Of a DNA stretch of 64,000 bases, positions 41,316 to 55,370 are shown piece by piece (the stretch's first letter is position 1; the number at the start of each line of letters is the position of its first letter). The notes beneath the pieces are model-generated. The model did not search any database. It was not told where the DNA came from and was given only the letters and a program-made list of their open reading frames with translations. The stretch is from Eledone cirrhosa (lineage: Eukaryota), in assembly GCA_964016885.1 (NCBI GenBank), contig OZ024748.1:19406001-19470000 (forward strand), read 5' to 3'. Both the position numbers and the translations under genes were made by a program.

Positions 41316-41764
41316 TCTAAACTATACTAAAGTAGGGAGTGCGGGACTGCGTACATAATATATTTTTTTAACCCGTTTGTAAAATAAGTTGGATTACTTT
41401 GAATAAATAATGAATGAATATTACATAATTTATCTACTAAATTTCGTTATTCTTGATTAAATATAAATAATTTTGTTGCTTATTTTAAGATTCACTTCTT
41501 TAAATAAACATTCATATATTTCCGTCACTAATTTTCTCCTAATGCAGTTTATATATAATATCGTCCTTTTTTAATGTATCGTGGATTACGTTACTGATTA
41601 CATAACACAGTGTAACGCAGACTTCGTTCAATTTCTGTGTATATTGTCAATTACGATGTTATTTGATGTATCATATCTACATGTATATATACTTGCGTAT
41701 AATATCAATATGCACACCACACATGCTAGCAGAAAAACGACCCGAAGGGTGGTTTTTCTGCTAG
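41316..41764 (+). mobile_element. Non-autonomous Helitron
   Basis: 5' A|TCTAAACTATACTAAAG. 3' hairpin CTAGCAGAAAAACGACCC-GAA-GGGTGGTTTTTCTGCTAG|T. Inserted between A and T. Confidence 0.55.
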
Positions 41765-42217
41765 TATTTAAAACCACTTTCACTAACAAAATCTCAACTC
41801 ATTTATCTCTCCTACTATTTCACACTAAGTTGTATACAGTCCTTTCTCAAGGTACTACAATAACCTAAATGCCATGTTCGTTCTGGTCAGACGTTGAGCC
41901 CCTTTCTGGAACGTTATACCTGCTAATGTTTTTCTCAAAGAAGAGGAATTACAAAAGTCTAAACAGGACGGCAAATATGAAAGTTGTAGAAATTTGTTTA
42001 TTTTCTACAAATTGCTACACATTTCATACTTGACGACTATTAATAATTATGAAATAGAGAGAGAGATGAAATTTATAAGAGGATGAATAATGACGTAAAT
42101 AAGTTTTAAGTTTATATCCACTAATGGTACGTATATTTAGTATTATTAATTTGTTAGAATTCCTTTCTAATATATTATAATATAATATTTGCTATTATAA
42201 GTACATAGAAAAATAGA

Positions 42218-43150
42218 TAAGTTTCTATTTATTTGCCACGAGGACACAAAAGAAGGGGACAAATACAAGGAGGGAGTTTACATAAAAGAACGAGTAAAAA
42301 ACGAATAACAAATATAAAATTAACAATACAGTCCTCAATAGGGAGGAGGCGTTTTGGGGGTTACCCCCCCCCCGAAAAAGTGTGCAACCCTTTTCCTTAG
42401 GAGCACAGAGAGGGAGTGCTCCTTTGTACTTCCACCTTTCCACCTACAGGCTGATAAAGAGAGAAAGCCCATTCACACGGGCCATTATCGCTACTTTCAC
42501 CCACCTTTCATAAAACTTGCTGGGGTAGAGCACCTCTCTCCATTCTGATCCTTCTCTTAAAATGGTATTTAAAGAAAAGGACCAGTTGTTGGCCGGAGAG
42601 AAAGGTGTCCGAACTCAGCCCTTTCAAGCGTGTCCACCATACCACCTCTTTCACCATGGCTATTACTCAGAGGAAGACCGCCTCTCCTTCATTTTTGAAG
42701 GGGGGGGGGCGGCTTCATCGTTACAATGGACTCAGTGGTCAACCGGATTGGTCTCACCCATGACAGCAGTCGTTCGACATAGTCCCACAGATCGGCAACG
42801 CCCAAGCAGTGTACCAATGCGTACGCAACAGTTTACTCGTCGCGCACGCATCTGGGACAGATTTTTTTCGAGGGGTCCCTACCCGGGCGCCCGTGTCTGT
42901 AGAGCTTTTCTCGAACGGGCAGCGCCCCTCGGTAGCACTGCCAGGCCAGGGACTTCGGGAAGTTGTCCATAAGTCCCGGCCCAAATGTCCTCCCGAATAG
43001 GCTGGCCAGTTCGTCTTCCTCCATGCCTAGGGCTTGTCCGAGGGCGTCGTCGCACCTACTAACCACCAGCCCTCTATAGAATGACGAGGTGGAGTCTACA
43101 TCGATAGTCGGGTCCGCCTGCCAGAGAGCCGTGAGCGCCTGGGCGCACTC
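42218..43150 (-). mobile_element. Tx1-clade LINE 3' fragment (zf-RVT region plus 3'UTR)
   Basis: SLAWQCYRGALPVREKL...CPRC...HC...LWDYVE. Same family as 61862-62492. Confidence 0.8.
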
Positions 43151-43393
43151 TTATAAATTTCATCTTTCTTTCTATCTCATAATTATTAATTTTGTTTCTC
43201 TCACTCTTTCTTCCATAACTCTCCAAGCGTCATTTAAATAAACAGTTGTTTTTTTTTTCAATTTTTTACACATTCATTTGCATATTCATAAATAACTTTG
43301 AATATTCCCTAATTTGTTTCCACTATCCAATGAATTTCCGACCGATAAGGTTGAATCTTCATGGATACGTCTTTATTTATAAAACAAATTTTG

Positions 43394-43458
43394 TATTTTA
43401 TCTGATGAAAGCGCACCAAGGTTGGCTTGGTTGCCCTTGAAATATATATAATAAAATA
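43394..43458 (+). ncRNA. Type I HHR (family J)
   Basis: tattttat-CTGATGA-aagcgcaccaag(gttgg)cttggttgccctt-GAAA-tatata-TA-ataaaata, 8-bp stem I. Confidence 0.75.
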
Positions 43459-43786
43459 AATATGGTTTTATAAATATAGTTTACATTTATTTAATAATAT
43501 ATATATTATTTAATATATACATTTATTTAATATATATATATATATATAAGAGAGTATTGAAGTTTGGTTGAAGCATTGTGGAATAATAAATAAATATCTT
43601 TAAGTCGTTTGGAAGCCTCGATTTTTATTTTATCCTTTATACTCTTCCCTTCTTTCTTCTACACATTTACACATCTTTACACACCACGCATCTCAACGTA
43701 CACCCACTTACATCTCTCTCTCTCTCCACCACCGGATCTTGTTACCCGGAGATTTACCCATTTGCATTGTCAAGGCTTCCAAACGA

Positions 43787-44080
<294 letters not shown>

Positions 44081-44081
44081 A

Positions 44082-44178
<97 letters not shown>

Positions 44179-44366
44179 AATATTAAAACAATGAAATTAA
44201 ACACAAAACTGTTAATTCATAGTAAAACTCATTATTTTACGACCGTTTCTGGGGGGTAGTTCCCTGCATGTTCATCCAATTATTGATCTATGTAAAACCT
44301 ATTACAAAATATCATAGTAAGAAAAAATACATACGTCTCCACTACCCGCCGTCTTCAGTATATCTG

Positions 44367-44498
<132 letters not shown>

Positions 44499-44504
44499 AT
44501 ATAT

Positions 44505-46031
44505 AAGAACAAAAGATGGTAAAAGAGTTCCATGTATTTTATTATGCGCATTTCAAAAACAAATATCATCATGCAATAATATTTGTGTTTTCATCAGATA
44601 AAACAGGAAGACATGATATGAAGGTTAAAAAACACTTGTGGATAGTTCAGTTTTAAATCAACATATGAGAAGTAGTTTTAGATTGATGTGTGATATTGGG
44701 AAAAATATTTTATTTAGAGGGGGGGGGGGGATGAAAAATAGGAGGAGATGAGAGTAAAACGTGGAGAGGGAGGAGTATAATGAGGAAGGATGAGATAGGA
44801 GGAGAGATGGGTGATAGAGAGAGAGAGATAGCTTTTATAACTGAGAAAGATATATTGTTTTACATAGAGAGGTTGAAAACCGTTGGAAGATAATGTATAA
44901 ATTAAAAGAATTTGAAAATTAACGAAGAGAAAAAAATATGTAAAGTTAAGGTTTGTATATTGAGGGGTTTGATAATATGTGCGATGAAAAGAAAATGTTA
45001 ATATGTATTGAGAATAATATTTAAGGGTTTAATAATATGTGTGATGTTAAGAAAATGTTGATATGTATTATTAAAAGGAACAACAGGTTATTTAAGTAAG
45101 GAAATATTGTGAGATGAGCATGAATGAGTTAGATGAAAGGGAGGAAAGAATAATGAATTGAGGATGAATAATCTAACGTCAAAAAAATGTATATGTTTAC
45201 GAAGGATTTTTACAAGGTGATATAGAGTAAGAATGTATTGTATTATGTAATAATTGATCCTATGTTAGGCAAGAGTGAGAAAAGGTACAGATTAGGGGTT
45301 AGACATTAAAAGAAGAAGAGAAGAAAGGGAAGTGATAAATGGGAGCGATGTAGAATGAGTAACAAGTATTAGAATGTATAATAACCTTTGAAATAAGGTA
45401 GACAGATGGGTATATTTTTAAAAGAAGTGTATATATATATATATATGTGCCTTTGAGAAAAAGATTCTAAATTGATAAAGAATTGAATATTAGCTGTATA
45501 CTTTGTGGAATGTTTTATGGAATTTATGCAAGCAGATAGAAAACAAGTCAGTGCGTCTATTTATTATAGAATCTAAATTAGATATAATGGTAAATTTTTC
45601 ATTTAGACAGAGATTGCAAATTTTGGATAGAGAACTGTTCAAGTATGGAGACGCAGAAGAAACCTTCGTCCAAAAGATGCTATATTTAATATTTTTGTCT
45701 TTCAAGGACCATATGAGTTCTGAGAGAGCCGTGTTGGTTCTTTTAAGTTTGTATTTAAAAGACGAATGATGGTTATAAAGACGAGCTTTAAAAGAGGTGG
45801 AAGTGGAGCCAAAATAGGTGAAGGAATTAGTGTCAGTTATAACTTTACATTCGTAAATTAAGTTTTTATCAAGACAATGGTTGTTGAAATGCGCATAATA
45901 AAATACATGGAACTCTTTTAACCATCTTTTGTTCTTATATATTATGTATACTCCAGTCCTACAAACTGTAGAGTGCTTCTTATCCGATATCTGCATTGCT
46001 TTATTGTACTACAATAAAACTCACCTCCTAC

Positions 46032-46032
<1 letters not shown>
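44505..46032 (-). mobile_element. 5'-truncated Penelope-like element (family A) with inverted terminal piece
   Basis: GIY-YIG coding region, long 3'UTR, sense HHR at 44536-44603, inverted 3'-end copy at 45884-46032, (TA)n on both sides. Confidence 0.85.
45490..45883 (-). pseudogene. PLE GIY-YIG endonuclease domain (possibly Naiad-like clade), 5'-truncated
   Basis: CLDKNLIYECKV...TYFGSTSTSFKARLYNHHSSF...LSELIWSLKD...CNLCLNEKFTII...INRRTDLFSICLH. The ORF-track N-terminus comes from the inverted piece. Confidence 0.85.
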
Positions 46033-46106
<74 letters not shown>

Positions 46107-47019
46107 CTAATCGTGTATCTAATTGTGTAGGGTTGTATATATATATATATATATATACCTTTACACAACTAGCTACACGATCAAAAGTTACTGGGCTGGT
46201 ACATATGCTGATACGAATGTTATAGCTATTTACACTGAAAAAGCCAAGCAATACGCCATAACATTGCCACTTCTATTTAATATATTACATGAGAGGGGTT
46301 GCTATATACCCGAACAGTCATAGTCATACTTTCACATAAACATATACTGTATATGTAGTCTCACATTATTACCAACACCACTACGTCGACCACGACCACT
46401 ACCACCACCACCAACACCACTACGACGACCACCACCAGTACCACCACCACCAACACCACCACGACGACCACCGCCACAGCGACGACGAGCATCGCCACCA
46501 CCAGCAAAACCACCACTGCCACTATCAGCACCACCACCACCACCACCACCACCACTACCCCCCCACCAGTATCACCCCCCCTCCACCAGTATCACCACCA
46601 CCACCACCACCACCACGACTACCACCATCACCACCACGACTACCACCATCACCACCATCACCCGCCCCCACCAGTATCACCACCACCACCACCACCACCA
46701 CCACCACCACCACCACCACTACCACCATCACCACCACCACCACCACCTCCATTACCCCAACCCAACCCCCGTAAAATACCCACGTAACTTCTATCTAATT
46801 AAATGTTAAGAGACAATACTTCCAGCCATTTTTCACCCCCCTCCCCTCCCCACCCACCCACGCTAATATCTCACTTCTGTTTTCTAATAAGATGGGAGAC
46901 ATTGACCCAAATCAACACACTCCGCCACTCCTCACCGCCGCCGCCGCCGCCTCCGCCATCTTGCCTCACGCCACATTGTCTTCTCACAAATGGTAATTCT
47001 TTAAATTCCCGATTTCTGT

Positions 47020-47059
47020 TTTTTATATTGTTATTGTTGTTGTTGTTGATTTTGTTCAT

Positions 47060-47097
<38 letters not shown>

Positions 47098-48665
47098 GGT
47101 GGTGGTGGTGGTGGTGACATTAGTGGTGGCGTTGTTGTTGCTGTTAGTGTTGTTTGTGTTGGTGGTGGTAGTGGTGGCGTTGTTGTTGCTGTTAGTGTTG
47201 TTTGTGTTGGTGGTGATAGTGGTGGCGTTGTTGTTGCTAGTTGTTAGTGTTGATGGTGGTGGTGGTGGTAGTGGTGGCGGTGGTAGTGGTGGCGTTGTTG
47301 TTGCTAGTTGTTAGTGTTGGTGGTGGTGGCGGTGGTAGTGGTGGCGGTGGTAGTGGTGGCGGTGGTAGTGGTGGCGTTGTTGTTGCTAGTTGTTAGTGTT
47401 GGTGGTGGCGGCGGTGGTAGTGGTGGCGTTGTTGTTGTTGTTAGTTGTTGTTAGTTGTTAGTGTTGGTGGTGGTGGCGGTGGTAGGTGGTGGCGTTGTTG
47501 TTGTTGTTAGTTGTTAGTGTTGGTGGTGGCGGCGGGTGCTAGTGGTGGCGTTGTTGTTGTTGTTAGTTGTTAGTGTTGGTGGTGGCGGCGGTGCTAGTGG
47601 TGGCGTTGTTGTTGTTGTTAGTTGTTAGTGTTGGTGGTGGCGGCGGTGCTAGTGGTGGCGTTGTTGTTGTTGTTAGTTGTTAGTGTTGGTGGTGGTGGCG
47701 GTGCTAGTGGTGGCGTTGTTGTTGTTGTTAGTTGTTAGTGTTGGTGGTGGTGGCGGTGCTAGTGGTGGCGTTTGTTGTTGTTGTTAGTTGTTAGTGTTGG
47801 TGGTCGGTGGCGGTGCTAGTGGTGGCGTTGTTGTTGTTGTTAGTGTTAGTGTTGGTGGTGGCGGCGGTGCTAGTGGTGGCGTTGTTGTTGTTGTTAGTTG
47901 TTAGTGTTGGTGGTGGCGGCGGTGCTAGTGGTGGCGTTGTTGTTGTTGTTAGTTGTTAGTGTTGGTGGTGGTGGCGGTGCTAGTGGTGGCGTTGTTGTTG
48001 TTGTTAGTTGTTAGTGTTGGTGGTGGCGGCGGTGCTAGTGGTGGCGTTGTTGTTGTTGTTAGTTGTTAGTGTTGGTGGTGGTGGCGGTGCTAGTGGTGGC
48101 GTTGTTGTTGTTGTTACTGGTGGTGGTGGTGGTGGTGGTGGTTGACGGCGGTAGTGTTCGTGGTGGAGGTTGTGTGTTGCTGTTATTGTTGGTGTTGGTG
48201 TTGGTGGTGGTGGTGTTGGTGTTGGTGGTGTTGATAGTGTGGTTTTGGTGGTGGTGGTGGTGGTGGTGGTATTGTTAGTGTTGGTGTTGGTGTTGGTGGT
48301 GTTGTTGGTGGTGTCGGTGTTAGTGGTGTTGGTCGTGATGTTGATGGTGTTGGTGTTGTTGTAGTCACTGTTGGTGATGGTGCTGTTGTTGGTGGTGTTG
48401 GTGTTGTTGGTGGTGTCGGTGTAGTGGTGTTGGTCGTGATGTTGATGGTGTTGGTGTTGTTGTAGTCACTGTTGGTGATGGTGCTGTTGTGGTGGTGTTG
48501 GTGTTGTTGGTGGTGTCGGTGTTAATGGTGTTGGTCGTGATGTTGATGGTGTTGGTGTTGTTGGTGTTGGTGTTGTTGGTGTTGGTGTTGTTGGTGTTGG
48601 TGTTGTTGGTGGTGGTGTTGTTGGTGTTGGGTTGTTGGTGTTGGTGTTGTTGGTGTTGGTAGTGT
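47020..48665. repeat. ~57-bp GGT/GTT minisatellite and flanking (GTT/GGT)n
   Basis: GGTGGTGGCGGCGGTGCTAGTGGTGGCGTTGTTGTTGTTGTTAGTTGTTAGTGTT repeated many times. Confidence 0.9.
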
Positions 48666-49034
48666 TATTACTGTAGTGTTATTACTGAGTCTCTAATATC
48701 AAAATAGGAAGCAGAATAAACCCACAGATACGACATGCATAAAATCTATTATAATAACTGAAATACTTCAATCGTTAAGATATTATTAATCAGGTGACCG
48801 CGAATTTCTTACCACTCTCATGATAATTCCTAATCAGGTGACCGATACCTTACTACAATCATCGTTATTCAGATGCTGAAGAGTCGGCCGTGAAAATGTG
48901 AAACGCTAAAAATACTCACGGTTAAGGAACGTCTTTCTTCTAAACCAAGTGTAAAGTATAAATAAAGAAATAGGAAAACAACCTTGACAGCATTTTTGAA
49001 AATACAGAACAGTCCTATATTTCAATATATTTGC

Positions 49035-49258
49035 AAGAGATGTCAACATGAATGGACCGCTTATTTTCATCTAAAGACATTTTTTCCAATTCCAACCCAC
49101 CCGTCCCCCTCAATCTATCTTAATTCTCATTCTTTCTTCTGATGAAGGACTAGCGTCCGAAATGTTAAGACCCTCTTCCTGCTATATCAAGCGTTAACCT
49201 AATATATCCCTTCCATATACGGTACCGATTGTGTTGTTATTTCTGTTTACCTTTTACA
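49035..49258 (+). mobile_element. Family C fragment with HHR at 49135-49170
   Basis: tctt-CTGATGA-aggactagcgtcc-GAAA-tgttaaga. Confidence 0.7.
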
Positions 49259-49359
49259 TACATACATACATACACACATACACACACACATATATATATA
49301 TATATATTAATATATATATATATATTAATATATACATATATATATATGTATATATGTAT

Positions 49360-49457
<98 letters not shown>

Positions 49458-49989
49458 AGTAGAATCTGAAGTTGAACACCTAACATACACACACACACAT
49501 TAATTTATAGGTATATATGTGTGTGTATGTGTCTGTTAGTTAGATGTGTAACTACAAATTCTATTTACCCCCCTCTCTCTCTCTCTGCATATATATAACG
49601 ATTCCAGAGTCGGGCTAGATCGATACATATCGAACCTTGACATGATCAATAGCAAAACGCGCGTCACTACCCAATAAAAGTAATGAGTTGGTGTTGTTGG
49701 TGGTGTTGGTGTTGTTGGTGTTGGTGTTATTGGTGGTATTGGTGTTGTTGGTGGTGTTGCTGTTGGTGATGGTGCTGTTGTTGGTGGTGTTGGGTTGTTG
49801 GTGGTGTTGGTGTTAGTGGTGTTGGTCGTGATGTTGATGGTGTTGATGTTGTTGTAGTCACTGTTGGTGATGGTGCTGTTGTTGGTGGTGTTGGTGTTGT
49901 TGGTGTCTATACTTACTGGAAACTATGCGTCGAGTGTTCACTCTAGTGAACCTAAAGTAACTGGTCGTTACAATCCCTATATATATATG

Positions 49990-50027
<38 letters not shown>

Positions 50028-50049
50028 CACATATATATATATATATATG

Positions 50050-50110
<61 letters not shown>

Positions 50111-50128
50111 CATATATATATATATATG

Positions 50129-50184
<56 letters not shown>

Positions 50185-50187
50185 CAC

Positions 50188-50272
<85 letters not shown>

Positions 50273-50274
<2 letters not shown>

Positions 50275-50487
50275 AGGCGTGTGGATGAGTGGTTAGAGAA
50301 TTGGATTCGCAATCGTAAGGTTGTGAGTTCGATTCCTGGACCAGGCGATGCGTTATGTCCTTGAGCAAGACACTTTATTTCACGCTGCTCCTTCTACCTG
50401 GAGTTGCGACCGATAGATAGTATTAGCAATTGGAAAGACCAACGGAAACATTGTTCCCTCGGTCCGATTTGACGAAAGTCAATCGTT
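50273..50487 (+). mobile_element. tRNA-derived SINE, second family (CORE-like)
   Basis: tRNA head GGCGTGTGGATGAGTGGTTAGAG...GAGTTCGATTCC, then GTCCTTGAGCAAGACACTT. Confidence 0.8.
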
Positions 50488-50488
50488 C

Positions 50489-50534
<46 letters not shown>

Positions 50535-50536
<2 letters not shown>

Positions 50537-50740
50537 GGCAACATGAATGATACTGTTATTCTTCTCTAAATTCAACCCCACCCGTCCCTTCAATCTATCT
50601 AACTTCTCATTCTTTCTTCTAATGAACGACTAGTGTCCGAAACGTTAAGTCCCTCTTCCTGCTATTTCAAGCGTTAACCTGATAATTTCCTTCCACATAC
50701 TGTACTGTACCAATTGTGTTGTTATTTCAGTTTACCTTTT
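50535..50740 (+). mobile_element. Family C fragment, HHR core mutated (CTAATGA)
   Basis: Similarity to 49035-49258. Confidence 0.65.
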
Positions 50741-50827
<87 letters not shown>

Positions 50828-51049
50828 GGTATAAATGAACGAGCAGATACCAATCGAAATGTTTGGTGTGAAATCACTTCTTGCTGCGAAAGTTAATACA
50901 ATTTGCGTCGCTTGTTAACACATTAGTGTAACAACAAGAATAAATCGACCGGGTGTATATATATATATATGTGTGTGTGTATATATGTATATATATACAT
51001 ATATACATGCATATATATATATATATGTGTGTGTGTGTATATACACACA

Positions 51050-51090
<41 letters not shown>

Positions 51091-51091
51091 A

Positions 51092-51139
<48 letters not shown>

Positions 51140-51539
51140 TATAGAGAAAAATACTGCAGGTAGCACATGGTAACATGTAATAAAATACGTCCCTCATCAG
51201 TGATTTGCCGAAGATCATAGATATTTCATTGCATTAAAAATCATATATCTCACTTCGGTGCAATAATAACCAAAATAAGTTATTAGGACAATTAAAACGC
51301 GTAAAGCGAGTGAGACAGGAGAACAACAGAAAAGATAGCATACCGTGGGAGAGAAACAAGCTTCAAAAATTATTCTGTTAGCGTAAGCTAGGTGAATATA
51401 TGAGCGCTAGGGAAAGAATAGTCCAGCACGAACGAAGGCCATTGAGCAGAGAGAGAAAAAATAGCGTCCGTGAGTGCAGGATGAAATGAAGAGAAGAGGG
51501 AGAAAAACAGTGAGTGAGTGAAAGTGTGAGGAAGAGTTA

Positions 51540-51573
<34 letters not shown>

Positions 51574-51612
51574 GTTTATATATATAAATATATATATATA
51601 TATGTGTATATA

Positions 51613-51713
<101 letters not shown>

Positions 51714-51729
51714 ATAAATATATATATAA

Positions 51730-51842
<113 letters not shown>

Positions 51843-51894
51843 CATATATACATATATATATATTTATATTTGTGTGTACATATATAAATATACA

Positions 51895-51957
<63 letters not shown>

Positions 51958-51969
51958 GTCTGTATTTTA

Positions 51970-52024
<55 letters not shown>

Positions 52025-53138
52025 CATACATACATACATACAAAAACATAGACACAATCAAACCTACACACATAATTAAATAGTGTTAGGAATACACTAG
52101 AAAATGTGTACGTGCTAATACGTCAGAGAAATGTCAAGGTGGCCATAACCTTGATTGACTGAAATATCATTTATATTACATTGAGTCGCTATTTATATAT
52201 ATATATATTATATTTTATTTTATTTATCAAATATTAAAAATGTATATTTTTTGTAATATTAAACGGAATGTTGCTGTTTTTGCGATCAACGTTTTGATAA
52301 TATTTGAAAACATTTTTAATACTTGGAGTGAAAAAAAAAAATGCTATTGATGTTTTTTTTATTCTTGGAAACAATGAATTACAAAAAACTATATTTGTGT
52401 CTTTACAGTAATGATTAAAATATTAAGGGAAATTAGATTGTAGTAGACAAGGCACGAACTCGGTATGACATGGTTTATATTGTCATAGTGAAATTTAATA
52501 TCGATTCATCCATAACCATCTGAATATCTGGTATATGGTCTATATTAAGTATTTAAAATAAAACCTGGTGAATCTCATCTCTCTTCAGATCTAAGCACAG
52601 CCAATTTCTACCAGTAACATATATTGATATATTGAAGGAATAACAGAGAGAGAAAGAGAGAGGGGGTGGGAGAAAGCGAGAGAGAGATGGAGAGAGAGAG
52701 GGCGAGAGTGAGTGAGAGAGTGAGAGAGAGAGCGCAAAAGAGAGTGAGTGAGAGAGTGAATGAGAGAGAGAGTGAGTGAGAGAGATGGGGAGGCATGAAA
52801 GGATCAAAGCATGAATGGATGACCTCTGCTGGATTTGAATTTAGAATGATGAAAGTCGGAAGGAACACAGCATAGAATTCTAACTGACATTCTATTGGCT
52901 CAATCCCGAGAAGAGTGGATTGATAGAGTGTTCATCTATATTTTTTATTCAGAACAACGATGGGCTTGTAATTCCATCGTTCAAGAATCATTTAATAAAA
53001 CGTAACGAAATCGGTTAAATTTACTTCATTCAGCATAAGCATATATATGCCAACGTTTTCATCACACAATTTCTGTGTGTCTTTTAAATGGCTAAAATAT
53101 CTCTTCCACATTGTAGATGCCTCTCTTACGACAGATGG

Positions 53139-53179
<41 letters not shown>

Positions 53180-53181
<2 letters not shown>

Positions 53182-53463
53182 TCACATAAGAAACGGAGAA
53201 ACAGTGTTGCGCCAAATAAAATTTTGGAAACTCTGCTTCGTAAAATCGAGACGTATCTGAGGACCTTGGGATTTCAAGGTCAGGTTCGATCATTACATCG
53301 ATCGTGCCTCGAGCTGGTCGCCAGAGAAATGATTGTAATATGTCTAATAAATTTTATTTGTCGCAACACTGATTCTCCGTTTCTTATGTGATATCATACT
53401 CTGCTCTGTAAGAGTGCTCAAACGGCATACCGCATACGGACGCTTTAAGCATCCCACACCAAT
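53180..53463 (+). mobile_element. Family K insert with short inverted end
   Basis: TATCACATAAGAAACGGAGAA is inverted relative to 53373-53393. Related pieces at 4680-4800, 7280-7390 and 49597-49685. Confidence 0.55.
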
Positions 53464-53560
53464 TATATATATAACACACACTCACACACGCAGACATATA
53501 TATATATATATATGTATATATATGTGTGTATATATATATATATGGATATAAATGTATATA

Positions 53561-53631
<71 letters not shown>

Positions 53632-53640
53632 TTTTTTTTT

Positions 53641-53855
53641 CGATCGACTTTCGTCAAATCGGACCGAGGAAACAATGTTTCCGTTGGTCTTTCCAATTGC
53701 TAATACTATCTATCGGTCGCAACTCCAGGTAGAAGGAGCAACGTGAAATAAAGTGTCTTGCTCAAGGACATAAACGCATCGCCCGGTCTGGGAATCGAAC
53801 TAACAACCTCACGATTGTGAATCCATTTCTCTAACTAATCAGCCACACGCCTTCA
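53641..53855 (-). mobile_element. tRNA-derived SINE, second family
   Basis: Reverse complement of 50273-50487. Confidence 0.8.
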
Positions 53856-53859
53856 CCCA

Positions 53860-53913
<54 letters not shown>

Positions 53914-53924
53914 GTATATATATG

Positions 53925-54161
<237 letters not shown>

Positions 54162-54167
54162 ATATAA

Positions 54168-54808
54168 AATCAAATCTAGCAAATAGAGAAAAAGTTTTAA
54201 AATAAATAAAAAAATAAAAAAAGTTCGCTGTACTTACTATATGTGCCTTTACCGCGTGGTTTCAATTCCCAAAATAAACGGATAATCCAAGCGGAATTCT
54301 ATTGAGAAGGGGACTCTCTTCAGAAGGCTCTTCTCGCTCGGAGAATATAAAATTCCCGTGTTCAAATCACAAACTGACGCCATACAAAACTGTTCCCGGA
54401 TGAGAGTGAATGAGGAAAGAAACAATCTTGTCTAGTGCCGTGTGTAAAGACAGAAGGCAGGGCGGACAGGTCAATATCCCGCCACTAGAAATAGCAGCAG
54501 TTCAAACGACTAAATGTTATCTCAAACTTAGGGGTGATTAATAATAATAAAGTATGTGTTCCTACGTGTAAAAAATACATATAGTGTTACAAGTATTATC
54601 CAACCGTATGCCAATGTGGTTCTAGTAAGTACAGCGAACGTTTTAACATTTATTTTAAAACTTTTTCTCTATTTGCTAGACCTTGATTTTATATGTTCTG
54701 ACTTGTTAATTTATTAACTTGCCATAGAACCACATTGGCATACGGTTGGATAATACTTGTATCCCTCTAAGTATGTTTTACACATAGGAACACAAACGTT
54801 ATTATTAT
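54168..54808. mobile_element. Doubly inverted PLE-like insert (family M) with HHR at 54245-54328 (-)
   Basis: gcctt-CTGAAGA-gagtccc...gggaatt-GAAA-cc(acgc)gg-TA-aaggc. 54168-54240 is inverted relative to 54623-54690, and 54541-54624 relative to 54725-54808. Confidence 0.7.
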
Positions 54809-54862
54809 ATATATATTTATATATAAACATATATACATACATATATGTATATATACACACAC

Positions 54863-54907
<45 letters not shown>

Positions 54908-54949
54908 CACGCATATATATATACACACACCAAAGTACACATATATACA

Positions 54950-54996
<47 letters not shown>

Positions 54997-55045
54997 CACA
55001 TATATATGCACACCTCCATACAATTATATATATATATATATATAT

Positions 55046-55277
55046 AAGAAGAAATTAAAAGATGGTTAAAAAAGTTCCATGTATTTTATTATGCGCATTT
55101 CAAAAACAAATATCATCCTGAGACGATATTTGTTTTTGAAATGCGCATAATAAAATACATGGAACTTTTTTAACCATCTTTTAATTTCTTCTTATATATC
55201 CTCCAGTACAATAAACTGTTGAGTGCTACTTATCCGATATTTGCATTGCTTTATTGTGCATCAAGAAAACTCACCTC

Positions 55278-55280
<3 letters not shown>
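55046..55280. mobile_element. Family A minimal palindromic insert
   Basis: Short left end, long right end, fold-back inside the HHR stem II hairpin (about 55103-55136). Confidence 0.8.

Positions 55281-55370
<90 letters not shown>

Noticed and set aside
45884-45996. N-terminus of the 168-aa ORF as real protein
   Set aside because: It is the inverted non-coding 3' end fused by chance in frame to the GIY-YIG fragment.
50273-50350. tRNA gene (also the heads of the Meta-like SINEs)
   Set aside because: Imperfect cloverleaf that continues directly into a multicopy SINE body.
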